From NCBI GenBank assembly GCA_046075565.1, contig JBJTQJ010000108.1, forward strand, positions 1-64,000: a DNA stretch of 64,000 nt, given 5' to 3'. Origin of the DNA: Verrucomicrobiales bacterium. GTDB taxonomy: Bacteria > Verrucomicrobiota > Verrucomicrobiia > Verrucomicrobiales > SLCJ01. The position numbers were made by a program, and so were the translations under genes. Positions within the stretch are counted from its first letter, which is position 1. Each line of letters begins with the position of its first letter. The notes beneath the pieces were generated by a model. It made no database searches. It was not told where the DNA came from and was given only the letters and a program-made list of their open reading frames with translations. Shown here piece after piece: positions 30,750 through 40,725 of the stretch.

Positions 30750-31571
30750 TCATAGAGACTTGAGGGGCGGCTGGGATCCCAGCGAGGAAAAGGAGGCAAC
30801 AAGGGCTCCCGGCTCCACTTTTTCCGCTCCGCGTGCGATGATCATGCGTCTTTGGCAAGCTAGGGCCTCTTGGCCGGGTAGCCCCCACAGCCTGGCGAGC
30901 GCCGACAAGTCAGCGGCTGAGCCGGAGGAAGCTTCACCGAAGCCACTCCATCGGTATTCGGCAGGGTCGCTCACCAGACCGGCGCGGACAGGATTTGCAT
31001 CGATGTAAGCAGCGACAACGCGAGCGATTTCCCCGTATCCCGCGGCAACACCCGGCGTTTGGCTCGTTCCATCCTCCTCATGATCCACGATAAAGCTGCG
31101 ATAACGTTCCTCCCAAAGAGTGCCCGACCTCTCGTTGTTTCGATTGAACCACTGGGTAAATCTTTGTTTAAGGGACTTCATCATTAACCCCAAGTCCCCC
31201 ATACGCCGGCGGTAAGGGGCGAGCAACTCCCGACGACTTGATTCCGCGCCACACATGGCCAGCAGATTCTCCAGATGAATCCGAACGGCCCGTCCATTGA
31301 TCAGACCGACCCGGCGAAGAACTTCCGCGTCGGGGGGGTCGTCCTGGTGTCTTCCGGATTTTACAGGCACCCGGAGCAAAAGATGGAAATGGTTTCCCAT
31401 CAGGCACCAGGCCACGACATCAATCCCGCTGAATTCGGCGTAGGCCAGCAGCAATTTGCGGAAATGCGCCTTTTCGGCTTCGCCAAAAACGAGCCGTCGC
31501 TCCACCACCCGGCTGAGCACATGGTAAAGGCCTACGGATTCTTCAGAGACCAACTTCCTTGCCGTTCGCAT
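30750..31571 (-). mobile_element. Y1 HUH transposase (IS200-like / REP-associated tyrosine transposase)
   Basis: YHVLSR, CLMGNHFHLL (HUH), GTLWEERYRS and YIDANPVRAGLV..P.EYRWS. GGGGACAG motif at 31586-31593 next to the 5' end. Confidence 0.88.
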
Positions 31572-31639
31572 GCCGGACAATAAACGGGGACAGACAATTT
31601 GACAAGATATTTCGATGCTTACAATAGGTTACAGTTCTT

Positions 31640-31909
31640 TCACTCTTCCTTGAAGCCGCTGTTGATCAGTTCCTCGACGGCTTCCATGGCCTCCTGCGCC
31701 TGTGTTCCCTCGGTCGTGATGAGGATTTTGGACCCGTGCCCAGCGGCCAGCATCATTAGACCCATGATGGATTTGCCGTTCACCTGTTCGGCGTCTTTTT
31801 CGACCCAGATTTCGCAGTCGAACCGGTTGGCCAAGCGCACAAACTGGGCGGCCGGACGAGCGTGGAGGCCCAATTTATTGACGACGGTGAGTTCCTTTTT
31901 GAGGGTCAT
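31640..31909 (-). CDS. ptsH: Phosphocarrier protein HPr
   Basis: GLHARPAA (His15) and NGKSIMGLMML (Ser46). Confidence 0.96.
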   Translation of the reverse strand: MTLKKELTVVNKLGLHARPAAQFVRLANRFDCEIWVEKDAEQVNGKSIMGLMMLAAGHGSKILITTEGTQAQEAMEAVEELINSGFKEE

Positions 31910-31973
31910 GATGATGGCGAACGGTGAATTGTAGCGTGCCCGAGCGAGGATGCGAATGATTTTGTGCCTTGAA

Positions 31974-32942
31974 CTATCGGATTGGTCGTTCCTCGGGATT
32001 GGCCATGAGCCCGAGCAGGCGACTGCTGAATTCCTCAGCGACGTCGTAGCCGAAACTGCGCAGTTTCTCATTCATCGCAGCCACTTCGATAAGTCGTGCC
32101 ATGTCGCGCCCGGCGGCGACCGGAATTTCCACATGCGGGACTTCCACCCCCATGATCTCGATGTGTTCGCGTCTGGCCCCGAGACGGTCAACTTCGTTTA
32201 ATGCGGACGCGGGCCGCAAACTGACGACAATATCAAGTCGCTTCTCGAGCCGGACCGCGCCTACCCCGAAGAGGGAAATGACGTTGATGATGCCTAATCC
32301 TCGGACTTCCATGACCGCCCTGCCCATGGCAGGTGGAGTTCCCACCAATTCCCCTCCGGTGCGACGCAAATGCACCAAATCGTCCGCGACGAGACTTGCT
32401 CCTCGTTCCACCAGTCCCAAGGCAGCTTCGCTCTTTCCGGTGCCGCTTTCGCCGCGGATCAGCAGGCCGATTCCTCTCACATCCACCATACAGCCGTGTT
32501 CGCTGCAGACGGGAGCGAATTCCCATTCCAGCTTGAGGGTGGCCTTGCTGATGAAGTTCATCGTCACGCTTGGCGAGGTGAAGACTGAAACGCCGTGGCG
32601 TTCCGCTTCCTCCAGCAGCGCGGGTTCGAGGGTGGCCCCGCGGGAAACGACAAGGCAAGGAATGCCGGTGGCGCACATGGTTCCGAATCGCTCCACCCGA
32701 AGTGCGGGCGGCAAGCTTTTCAAATACGATGTCTCGCTGTTGCCGAGAACCTGGATCCTACGTTTGGCGAAATAGGTGAAAAATCCGGCGAGGGCGAGAC
32801 CGGGCCTGTTGATGGTCGGTTCGCTGATGTGCCGATCAAGCCCGTTCTCGCATTTGACGAGTTGAAGTCCCAACTCGGGTCCATACTTGGCGTAAAAGTC
32901 CCGGACGGTGAGGAAGCTGATTTGGCGCGGCTGGCCTTTCAT
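31974..32942 (-). CDS. hprK: HPr(Ser) kinase/phosphorylase
   Basis: INRPGLALAGFF, GESGTGKSE, LVADD, MEVRGLGII and PVAAGRD. Confidence 0.96.
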   Translation of the reverse strand: MKGQPRQISFLTVRDFYAKYGPELGLQLVKCENGLDRHISEPTINRPGLALAGFFTYFAKRRIQVLGNSETSYLKSLPPALRVERFGTMCATGIPCLVVSRGATLEPALLEEAERHGVSVFTSPSVTMNFISKATLKLEWEFAPVCSEHGCMVDVRGIGLLIRGESGTGKSEAALGLVERGASLVADDLVHLRRTGGELVGTPPAMGRAVMEVRGLGIINVISLFGVGAVRLEKRLDIVVSLRPASALNEVDRLGARREHIEIMGVEVPHVEIPVAAGRDMARLIEVAAMNEKLRSFGYDVAEEFSSRLLGLMANPEERPIR

Positions 32943-33023
32943 GACGGCAATTTAGGCGGGGAGAGCCGGACCGGGCAACCCCGATTGCTGGATTTCCGCT
33001 CCGGAATCAAATCTAGGTTAGAA

Positions 33024-33052
33024 TTGACAATTTCCGCGGGTCCTGTCAATCT
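33024..33052 (+). promoter_or_regulatory. Sigma70-type promoter TTGACA-N17-CAATCT, 7 nt before ATG 33060
   Basis: Perfect -35 hexamer with canonical spacing. Confidence 0.6.
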
Positions 33053-33059
33053 GGCGGTC

Positions 33060-33350
33060 ATGAATCGAAATTCCCCCGAGATTTGCCCGGTTTGCGGGGA
33101 GGATGTACCGCCAAATTCCTGGGCTTGTCCGGAATGTGGCGCTGATGAGAGGGCCGGGTGGAATGAGGATGATGCCTATGTGGATGCCTTGGACCTGCCG
33201 GAAGCGGAAAGTGAGGAAGAGGCTCGGGGGTCTTACCAGGCGTTCATGGAGCGCGAGTTCGGCGTGATCCCTTGGAAGAAGAGGCTCGGCATGGTTTTTG
33301 GAATCGTTTTGGTGGTGGTAATGGCCGTTTATTTGATTCGGTTTTTCTGA
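33060..33350 (+). CDS. Small zinc-ribbon protein with C-terminal membrane anchor
   Basis: CPVCG..CPECG, an acidic linker and a terminal hydrophobic helix. Confidence 0.8.
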   Translation: MNRNSPEICPVCGEDVPPNSWACPECGADERAGWNEDDAYVDALDLPEAESEEEARGSYQAFMEREFGVIPWKKRLGMVFGIVLVVVMAVYLIRFF

Positions 33351-33359
33351 GCAAGCTCC

Positions 33360-34232
33360 TCATTTTTCCCCACCTCCGGCGACAATTCGGGTGCCGGCGA
33401 CGATGAGCACGGCCCCGAGGGGAAACCAGGGGCCGGGCACCTCTCCAAAAGCGAACCACCCGTAAATGCCCGCAAAAAGAAATTGCCCCCCCGTGGCGAC
33501 TCCGACAACCTGCCCTCTCCAGTAGCGCAAAGCCCGGGCAATGAGTCCATGCCCTACGATGGTCGGAAAAATCACGATGAGGAGAATCCATTTCCATTCT
33601 CCTGCGGGAGGAAAGCGGGGTCCTTCACCAACCAGCCACTCGCTGGCAAAGCCGGTCAACGACGCGATGGCAAAAACCGGCACAAGCCACGCGGCGGTCG
33701 CCGGAAAAAGACTCGCCGCCTTTCGGCCAAGCGCCATATAACAGGCCAGCAATACCATGGCGGCGAGACAAATGATATCTCCCCGCCAGGTGTCGCCAGA
33801 ACTCAGACTCGCCCCGACCAAGACGAGAACACCACCGAAACCCAACAAGGTTCCGACCCAATCACGGGGCCGGACCTTTTCCCCTGCCAGAGGAAGGAGA
33901 AGAAAGGGCAAGACGAGAGGGACGAGATTCACCAGCAGAGTCGCGTTGGCGGCAACGGTGGCACGGGCCCCGGCGACCCATGTGACAAAGTGACCACCGA
34001 GCAGCACTCCAGCGCAAAAGGCCCGGAACCAAGCGCCTTTGGGCAATTGGCTCCAATGCCCACGTCGGACAAATGGCAGAAAACAGATGCTTCCAAGGGC
34101 CATGCGCCAACCGGAGATTTCGCCGGCTCCGAGACCGCTCAATCGTATGAAGATGACTGATGATGCCATGGCGGCAACCGCCAGGACGAGCAATAAGGAT
34201 TCTCCAAGCCGACGTCTACCTCCTTCCTTCAT
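33360..34232 (-). CDS. DMT/EamA family transporter
   Basis: About 10 TM helices with a duplicated EamA pattern (TVAANATLLVNL.P; GDIICL; PTIVGH). Confidence 0.88.
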   Translation of the reverse strand: MKEGGRRRLGESLLLVLAVAAMASSVIFIRLSGLGAGEISGWRMALGSICFLPFVRRGHWSQLPKGAWFRAFCAGVLLGGHFVTWVAGARATVAANATLLVNLVPLVLPFLLLPLAGEKVRPRDWVGTLLGFGGVLVLVGASLSSGDTWRGDIICLAAMVLLACYMALGRKAASLFPATAAWLVPVFAIASLTGFASEWLVGEGPRFPPAGEWKWILLIVIFPTIVGHGLIARALRYWRGQVVGVATGGQFLFAGIYGWFAFGEVPGPWFPLGAVLIVAGTRIVAGGGEK

Positions 34233-34382
34233 GCCTTACCATGCGACTCACGGGCATCCCGGGCAAGAACGAAGCAATGTGCACAAGAGCAGAGCGGAGG
34301 GGCTTGCAGCCCTTGGGACATCGTCCTTGAATGCCAATCGCTGCGGACCGCCGAGCTCGCAATCACCCGCCGCGCTACCACC

Positions 34383-36524
34383 TTACAGTGCGGAACGTTT
34401 CGCGAGTTTTTCGCGGCGGTCGGCGCGGTCGCGGAGAAGGGCCGCTTTTTTAACATCTCCTGCTTTCTCGTAGAAGCCGGCAACCTGACGCAAGACGGTG
34501 AGTTCGGCGGTCACACGGAAGTATTCCTTGTCGTCGGTTTCGATATGGCGCTTGTAGGCGAGTTCTATCTCGCGGCAGGCCTTTTCCATCCACACCGGAT
34601 CGGTGGCGGCATAACCAAAATACTGGCTGGCCATGACCCGGAAGGCCTCGGGTTTGTCGCCGAAGTCCTGGAAGGATTTCCGGTAGAGGGAGGAGATACC
34701 ATCGAAGTTCTTCGCCGTGGCGAGGATATCGGCCTCGCGTTCGATGCTGGCGGTGAGCAGGTCGGTGCGTCCGGTGTCGGTGTCCCGGTCGAGCCGGCGG
34801 CGTTCGCGGGCGACGTCACGCGCGTTGTCCTTGGCATCACGATGCGGGAAAACATGATCATCCTCGATGCCCTCGGCGAGTCTCAGGAAATCCGGGCGAT
34901 CCCTGAAGCGGCGCCGGATGGTGTCGGCCAGTTCTTCCCATTTTGCGAGGGTGGTCTTCGAGCGTTCATCCTCATGATAAGCGATGGCGGCTTTCCATGG
35001 CATCGGATGCTCGGGCGTATTCCGCAGGGCAAGGTCCAGGGCTTCTTCGGCGATAGCGTTCTGACCGAGTCCGAGAAATAGTTTCATGAAACGCAGATAG
35101 ACGGTGGTCTTTTCCAGACGTTCCGACCGGGTGCCGCGATCCGTGGTCATGGTGAGCATGGACTGGTGCATACGCTCGCCTGTTACCGGATGATTGGTCG
35201 TGCCGGTGGTGTATCCGACGTTTCCGGCTTCCGCCCATGTGTCCTCGTCGGGCATATAAACGATCCATGCGTGGGGACCGCGATCCCCATCGCCGGAAAC
35301 GATGGTGGCGGGGATACCATGGCATTTCGCGGTATTGGCCGAAAAGTAGGACTGGTCGGCGCAGACGCCGCCGTGCTCGAGGATCTGCTCGAAAGTGTAC
35401 GCCTCATAGGGATTGAGTCCGTTGACGGCGCGCTCCATGAGATACTCGATCATGCCGTAAGCCTCACCCCAACGTTTCTGGGGCAAGTGCATCTTCTTCA
35501 GCGCCCATTCGATCTCCGAATCATCCACCGGCACATCAACCACCCAGATAAGAGCGGTCGATTTCATCCGATGAATGCGACCGGTGAGCCGGCCCTTTTC
35601 GGAATTGTCGCGGAAAAGCCGGTAGCGGGTGTTGGCGCGGGAATCCGGATTGCCATAGTCGTCTTCCGGAAAGACCAGGGCACAAGCGAGGGCCAGCGCC
35701 GCGTATTTGTCGCGGAGCTCGGTTTTTTCCTCGGCGGCCCAGATCGAGGACCATCCCTTGAGCACACGCGTGAGATCGGCGGAGCCATCGGCGGACTGCA
35801 GCAAATCGGCGAGCGCATCGGGGTTTTTCTCTAACAACCAGAAGTAGAATTCGTGTTCCGGGCTGTTGTTGGCGAGTTCGCGGAGGAAACTCTCGTCCAC
35901 GGCCTGGGCAAAGCCCTGGAGATCCATGGCGCGCCGGAACAATGGCTCGGCGAGCAGGGCATTGAAACGATCAACGCCGGTGCGGAGGGCGACCTTTTGG
36001 ATAGCATCATGGAATCCGCGTTCGAGAAACTCCTGGAATCCCTTCCATTCGCCGGTTTCGACGGCGACATGGATGGCAAGGGAGAGGTTATCCAAATTCG
36101 ACTGGCGGTTGGCCAGCGGGGTCATGAGATGGAGTTGCTCCTTGAAGATGGCGAGGCGGGGATCCTTCTCATCGCCGGATTTCGGCGTTTCCTCTTCCGG
36201 TTGCGGAGCGACTTGGGGTGCTTGCGCGACCTCTTCCGGCGCTTCCGCGACGGGCGGGTGAACGAAGTCAGGCGTGACAACGGCCACTTCGGGAGCCGCC
36301 GGAGGAAGCGCAGCCACGGGCACGGCTGCGGTTTGTTTGACCGGCTTGGGACGGCTCATGAGAAAACCGATGGCTCCGAGCACGAGAAGCACCGCGAGGC
36401 CGATGGCAAGGTATCCGCCGTGGTCCTTCGCCTCGGATGAATCTTGGCGGCGGGGATGGCCATGGTCCAGCCCGGGCCGTGCGGTTGGCAGTTTCGGACG
36501 AGACGGAGGCTTAGCCATATTCAT
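34383..36524 (-). CDS. Membrane-anchored hypothetical protein with transglutaminase-like Cys/His core
   Basis: One TM helix, a Pro/Ala linker, GGVCADQSYF..GIPA..GPHAW and a helical C-terminus. Confidence 0.7.
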   Translation of the reverse strand: MNMAKPPSRPKLPTARPGLDHGHPRRQDSSEAKDHGGYLAIGLAVLLVLGAIGFLMSRPKPVKQTAAVPVAALPPAAPEVAVVTPDFVHPPVAEAPEEVAQAPQVAPQPEEETPKSGDEKDPRLAIFKEQLHLMTPLANRQSNLDNLSLAIHVAVETGEWKGFQEFLERGFHDAIQKVALRTGVDRFNALLAEPLFRRAMDLQGFAQAVDESFLRELANNSPEHEFYFWLLEKNPDALADLLQSADGSADLTRVLKGWSSIWAAEEKTELRDKYAALALACALVFPEDDYGNPDSRANTRYRLFRDNSEKGRLTGRIHRMKSTALIWVVDVPVDDSEIEWALKKMHLPQKRWGEAYGMIEYLMERAVNGLNPYEAYTFEQILEHGGVCADQSYFSANTAKCHGIPATIVSGDGDRGPHAWIVYMPDEDTWAEAGNVGYTTGTTNHPVTGERMHQSMLTMTTDRGTRSERLEKTTVYLRFMKLFLGLGQNAIAEEALDLALRNTPEHPMPWKAAIAYHEDERSKTTLAKWEELADTIRRRFRDRPDFLRLAEGIEDDHVFPHRDAKDNARDVARERRRLDRDTDTGRTDLLTASIEREADILATAKNFDGISSLYRKSFQDFGDKPEAFRVMASQYFGYAATDPVWMEKACREIELAYKRHIETDDKEYFRVTAELTVLRQVAGFYEKAGDVKKAALLRDRADRREKLAKRSAL

Positions 36525-36683
36525 GGGGAAACTATCAGGAAAGCGCCGGGTTGCCAACTTTTCGCGCTGAATTTCGCCCAACACTGCTTTCTCTCCAGCA
36601 GAAAGCCGCCTTCTGGTTCGATGGTGATTCCAAAGAAATCAAATCCGAGTGGCGGACCTGCTGAAGTCCGGGTAGGGTCGCCG

Positions 36684-37280
36684 ATGGCCGCGACACCGTC
36701 CACCTTGCTACTGCCCTTGGGAACTCCCCTGCCCTCTTTTGACCTGCCGGATGGAACAAGTGTCCACCATTGCTTCGATCGAGCAAACGGGCGACCGACA
36801 GTGGTCATTTTCGCGTGCAATCATTGTCCCTACGTGGTGCATCTGGCGCCCGCTGTCGGGGCCATGGCGCGGGAATTCGCCGGGCGGGTGGACTTTTTCG
36901 CCATCAACAGCAACGACGTGAAACAATATCCCGAGGACCGGGCGGAACTTATGCCTGACTTCGCGGCGGAAAACGGTTGGAGTTTCCCGTATCTGGCGGA
37001 CGAAACCCAAGATGTGGCCGTGGCCTACGGAGCGGCCTGCACTCCGGACTTTTTTGTTGGTGACCGGGAAGGAAGGCTGTTTTACCGGGGTCAATTCGAT
37101 GATTCCCGCCCCGCGCGGTCCGGACGTCCGGAAATTCAAGTCGATGGGCGCGACCTCCGGGCGGCCCTCATGGCCTTATTGGGGGGGGGAGCCGCGCCGG
37201 CAAGCCAATTCCCCAGCCTTGGATGCAACATCAAATGGCGTTTGGGGAGGGAGCCAACATGGTTTCAGACAGCGAAATGA
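36684..37280 (+). CDS. Thioredoxin-family (AhpC/TSA-like redoxin) protein
   Basis: CNHCPYV, AINSND, FPYLADETQ, AACTPDFF, YRGQFDDSRP and SLGCNIKW. Confidence 0.92.
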   Translation: MAATPSTLLLPLGTPLPSFDLPDGTSVHHCFDRANGRPTVVIFACNHCPYVVHLAPAVGAMAREFAGRVDFFAINSNDVKQYPEDRAELMPDFAAENGWSFPYLADETQDVAVAYGAACTPDFFVGDREGRLFYRGQFDDSRPARSGRPEIQVDGRDLRAALMALLGGGAAPASQFPSLGCNIKWRLGREPTWFQTAK

Positions 37281-37379
37281 CAACAATTATGGCTTTGCTT
37301 ATTTTTTGCCCATTATATTTGCAGAATCTTTATAATTATATTCAATATGGATTATTAGAACTGATACTGATATCCAAAA

Positions 37380-38252
37380 ATGAAGACACAATCCTTTCAA
37401 AATTACCCGAAGCTGGTCGCGGGGCGCTTTGAAATCCTTGGTTTGCTTGGCATAGGCGGCATGTCCGAGGTTTATCGGGCCTGGGATTGCGAGAGAAACG
37501 AAGTCGTTGCTTTCAAAAAGGTGAAGGACGGCTCGGCCCGGCAAAAGGAGGCGATGGTCCGGGAGGCGGATGCTCTCAGACGGCTTTCCCATCCTGCCAT
37601 CTTGAAATGCCACGCCTCGGGAGTGGAAGATGGAGACGAATGGTTGGCCCTCGAGTATGTGCCGGGCTGGGATGCCGGTGCGGTGGTGAAGGCCCATAGC
37701 TTCGACCAAGTCGACTTTCCCCGTGTGGCTGCGCAGGCGCTGCAAGCTTTCGCTAGCGCGCATGAGGGAGGATATGTCCATGGTGACATCAAACCCGGCA
37801 ACCTGATGCTGGAAAAAACCACCGGCCCATGGCGGGCCAAGCTGGTTGATTTCGGGCTTTGTGCGCGGCCTTCCGAACATGACGGCGGGACAAGCGGCCC
37901 GAGCCGCGACGATCAAGGCTCGCTCTATTTCCTCGCCCCGGAGCGTTTTTCCGGCCAACCGGTTTCGGTTGCCGCGGATCTCTACTCCTTGGGCGCGGTC
38001 TTCTATTTCCTGCTCTCGGGGTGCTTCCCCGTGGATGGCGGCAGCGAAATCGAAATCATGGCCGGCCATGTGCTGGGTCGCATCGAGTCCCTCGAGAAAA
38101 TCTCGGATGTGGACCCGTTGATTGCCCAATGGTTGATGAACTTGCTCGCTTGCGAACCGGAAGATCGCCCCGTGTCGGCGCTGGCCGCTCTTCGCGGACT
38201 TGCCTCCGCCCTTGCCCACCGTGGGATTCTCGGCGGTGCGACGGCGAAATGA
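37380..38252 (+). CDS. Hanks-type Ser/Thr protein kinase (kinase domain only)
   Basis: LGIGGMSEVY, VAFK, HGDIKPGN, DFG, APE and DLYSLG. Confidence 0.92.
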   Translation: MKTQSFQNYPKLVAGRFEILGLLGIGGMSEVYRAWDCERNEVVAFKKVKDGSARQKEAMVREADALRRLSHPAILKCHASGVEDGDEWLALEYVPGWDAGAVVKAHSFDQVDFPRVAAQALQAFASAHEGGYVHGDIKPGNLMLEKTTGPWRAKLVDFGLCARPSEHDGGTSGPSRDDQGSLYFLAPERFSGQPVSVAADLYSLGAVFYFLLSGCFPVDGGSEIEIMAGHVLGRIESLEKISDVDPLIAQWLMNLLACEPEDRPVSALAALRGLASALAHRGILGGATAK

Positions 38253-38253
38253 G

Positions 38254-39396
38254 TCAGGACAGGGACTCGAGAAATTTGCGGTAAAAGATCACGCCCTCCT
38301 CAAGCTCGGCGATGGAGATCCATTCGTCCACCGTATGGGCCTGTTCAATGGATCCCGGTCCTGCGGCCACCGCGGGAATCCCGCCGCTCGCAAGATGGGC
38401 CGCATCGCAGAACCACGGCGCGGTGGTCAACGAACTCCCCGTCGATTCAAGGAGTCGCTTCACCATCGGGTGACCGGCGGGTGTGAGCAGTGGAAGGCAA
38501 GAGAATCGCTCGTAAACATGAATCGAGCACTCCGGGAACTCGCGGTCCAGAAAATCCGTGATCATCTTGACGGGGTCGGCGTCCGCAAACGCCGGAGTTG
38601 TTCTCATATCGATGGTCAGGGTTGCGCGGTCGGGCACGATATTGGGTCGCGTGCCGCCGTGGAATTCTCCCGGATTGATGGTTGGTTCTCCGAGAACCGG
38701 GTCGGAGAAATTCTCGCGCAAATACTGACGGAATTTTCCATCGAGAGCGAGCACGAGACGCGATGCGGTCACGATGGCATTGTCGCCGAGGTCCGGGCGC
38801 GAGGCATGGCAGGCACGTCCGCGCGCCACCAGATCCATCCACGTGCATCCCTTGTGGGCATGGACGATTTGGCATCCGGTGGGTTCGCCAACCAGAGCGA
38901 AATCATAACCACCGGCATAGCGGCTTGCGAAATCGATGGAGCCCGGCTGGCCGGTTTCCTCCCCCATCAACCCGACGAATGTGATCTCCGTGGAGAAATC
39001 CGGTAAACGCTCGCGCAGTTCGCCCAATGCCGCGAGCATGGCCGCCATCGTGCCTTTCGTGTCGCAAGCTCCTCGCCCGTATACGCGGCCATTGGCAATT
39101 TCTCCTTCGAATGGATCGATGGTCATGCCCCCGACGCCCACGGTATCCAAATGGGGGGCCAAGAGAACCCGCGCCTTCGGCGTGCCCCGGCAAGGGAAAC
39201 GCCCAATGACATTCGGTCTTCCAGGTTGCACCTCCTCAAAATGGACGTCCGCGCCCAATCCCGAGAGCAGACCACCCACATGCCGGGCAATCTTCTCTTC
39301 CCCGAGATTCGCGCATTCCGTGCCGGGGTGGCTGTTGGGGTTCACGCTCGGAATCCTCACGAGTTGTTGGAGAATGGTTACGACATCCTGGGACAT
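38254..39396 (-). CDS. M20 family metallopeptidase/deacylase (ArgE/DapE-like)
   Basis: LVRIPSVNP, HLDTV, GRGACDTKG, GEE, GEPT and AHTVDE. Confidence 0.9.
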   Translation of the reverse strand: MSQDVVTILQQLVRIPSVNPNSHPGTECANLGEEKIARHVGGLLSGLGADVHFEEVQPGRPNVIGRFPCRGTPKARVLLAPHLDTVGVGGMTIDPFEGEIANGRVYGRGACDTKGTMAAMLAALGELRERLPDFSTEITFVGLMGEETGQPGSIDFASRYAGGYDFALVGEPTGCQIVHAHKGCTWMDLVARGRACHASRPDLGDNAIVTASRLVLALDGKFRQYLRENFSDPVLGEPTINPGEFHGGTRPNIVPDRATLTIDMRTTPAFADADPVKMITDFLDREFPECSIHVYERFSCLPLLTPAGHPMVKRLLESTGSSLTTAPWFCDAAHLASGGIPAVAAGPGSIEQAHTVDEWISIAELEEGVIFYRKFLESLS

Positions 39397-39512
39397 GCGC
39401 CACCATAACCATGGGCGGTCACATGGCGAATCCGATTTTCTATGGCAAGCCTTGCCAAACTCCGGGAACGGCCCCAATCTACTGCCAGCCGTTCCAAAAC
39501 GGCGCTCATCTC

Positions 39513-40601
39513 ATGAATCGATTCTTCCCCATCCGCCATGCCGCCGCCGCGCTGTTGATGTTCGGTCAGATGGCACCGGCGCAGGATTCTCTCCTTACGG
39601 AGAAGGAACAGGAAAGCATGCTCAAACGCCTCGATTCGCTTGAAGAAGAGGCCGGCCGCCTCGCCTCGGGCCGTCTGGCTACCGCCGTGACCGCCTTCAA
39701 AGCCGGACTCGCCGGCAATGAAGCCACCATTGATCTTTATTTGCAGTGTATTGAGAAAGTCCGTTACATCGATCAGAACCGCCCGCTCATCGAGTTCCGC
39801 GAGTGGAAACGGACGCAGAAGGACAAATTCAGCGAAATCTCCTTCCGAGAGGCCCTTCGTTATCAACTCCGTTGGCTGCTGCTCGGACTCGAAATGGCGA
39901 GCAAGGAACTCGCACCCGGCGAAATGGGAGAGAAAGCGGCGGAACTCGTCGCTGCGGTCATCCGGGATGCGAAATTGCTCGGTCCCCACACGGCCATGAT
40001 GAAGGACAGCGCCTTCGGCACGGTTTTCGCCAATGCCTACAGGGTCGGCCATCTCGCACCCGAGGGCTGGCCTGCGAGCCCTCTTCCGGTCGGACCAGTC
40101 TATGAGCAACTCATTTTGCCGCGCCTGAGAATGAGCGGCGACATCCAACGCCTCGAAACGGCATGGACCACCCGCATTAATCAGGAAACCGCGCTCATGA
40201 CCACGTCCGCCGAGGCCGACAAGGAAAAAGGCGAGGCCGATCTCGACCGTTTCAACACCGAGGAACGCCCCCGACTCCTATGGAAAATGCTCACCGACAT
40301 CTACCGGGCGGGCGGACAACGCCAATCGGCGGGAAAAATGCTTTCCTTCCTGGAAGCGAACCTCTCCCACCGTTTGGCCGTCGAATGGGCCTCCGAGATG
40401 AAAGGCTTGTTGGAGGTGGTCGGCAGTCCCGATTACCCACCAACCGAAGCCACGACCGGCTCGCCACCGCCGGCGGTGAAAGAGGAAACTCCGGAGCCAC
40501 CGGGTTCCATCACCCCCGTGCCCATGGCCCCGCCCAAGCCCCCTCCCCCAGCGCCTGCACCAAGTTCCGATCCCTTCGATGCGGTTAACCAACCCGGCTG
40601 A
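39513..40601 (+). CDS. Hypothetical secreted alpha-helical protein with Pro-rich tail
   Basis: Signal peptide (..APA-QD), helical body and a PPPPAPAP C-terminus. Confidence 0.75.
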   Translation: MNRFFPIRHAAAALLMFGQMAPAQDSLLTEKEQESMLKRLDSLEEEAGRLASGRLATAVTAFKAGLAGNEATIDLYLQCIEKVRYIDQNRPLIEFREWKRTQKDKFSEISFREALRYQLRWLLLGLEMASKELAPGEMGEKAAELVAAVIRDAKLLGPHTAMMKDSAFGTVFANAYRVGHLAPEGWPASPLPVGPVYEQLILPRLRMSGDIQRLETAWTTRINQETALMTTSAEADKEKGEADLDRFNTEERPRLLWKMLTDIYRAGGQRQSAGKMLSFLEANLSHRLAVEWASEMKGLLEVVGSPDYPPTEATTGSPPPAVKEETPEPPGSITPVPMAPPKPPPPAPAPSSDPFDAVNQPG

Positions 40602-40725
40602 AAACCCGCCCATCGGAGAATGTGGCGTGAATGTTGCTTTTCTAATGGTGCTGGAGAAGTAAAGTCTCCGCCCTTCCTCCATTCTTGAGGAAGGCTCGCT
40701 AACCACCACTTCACTACCACGCACC

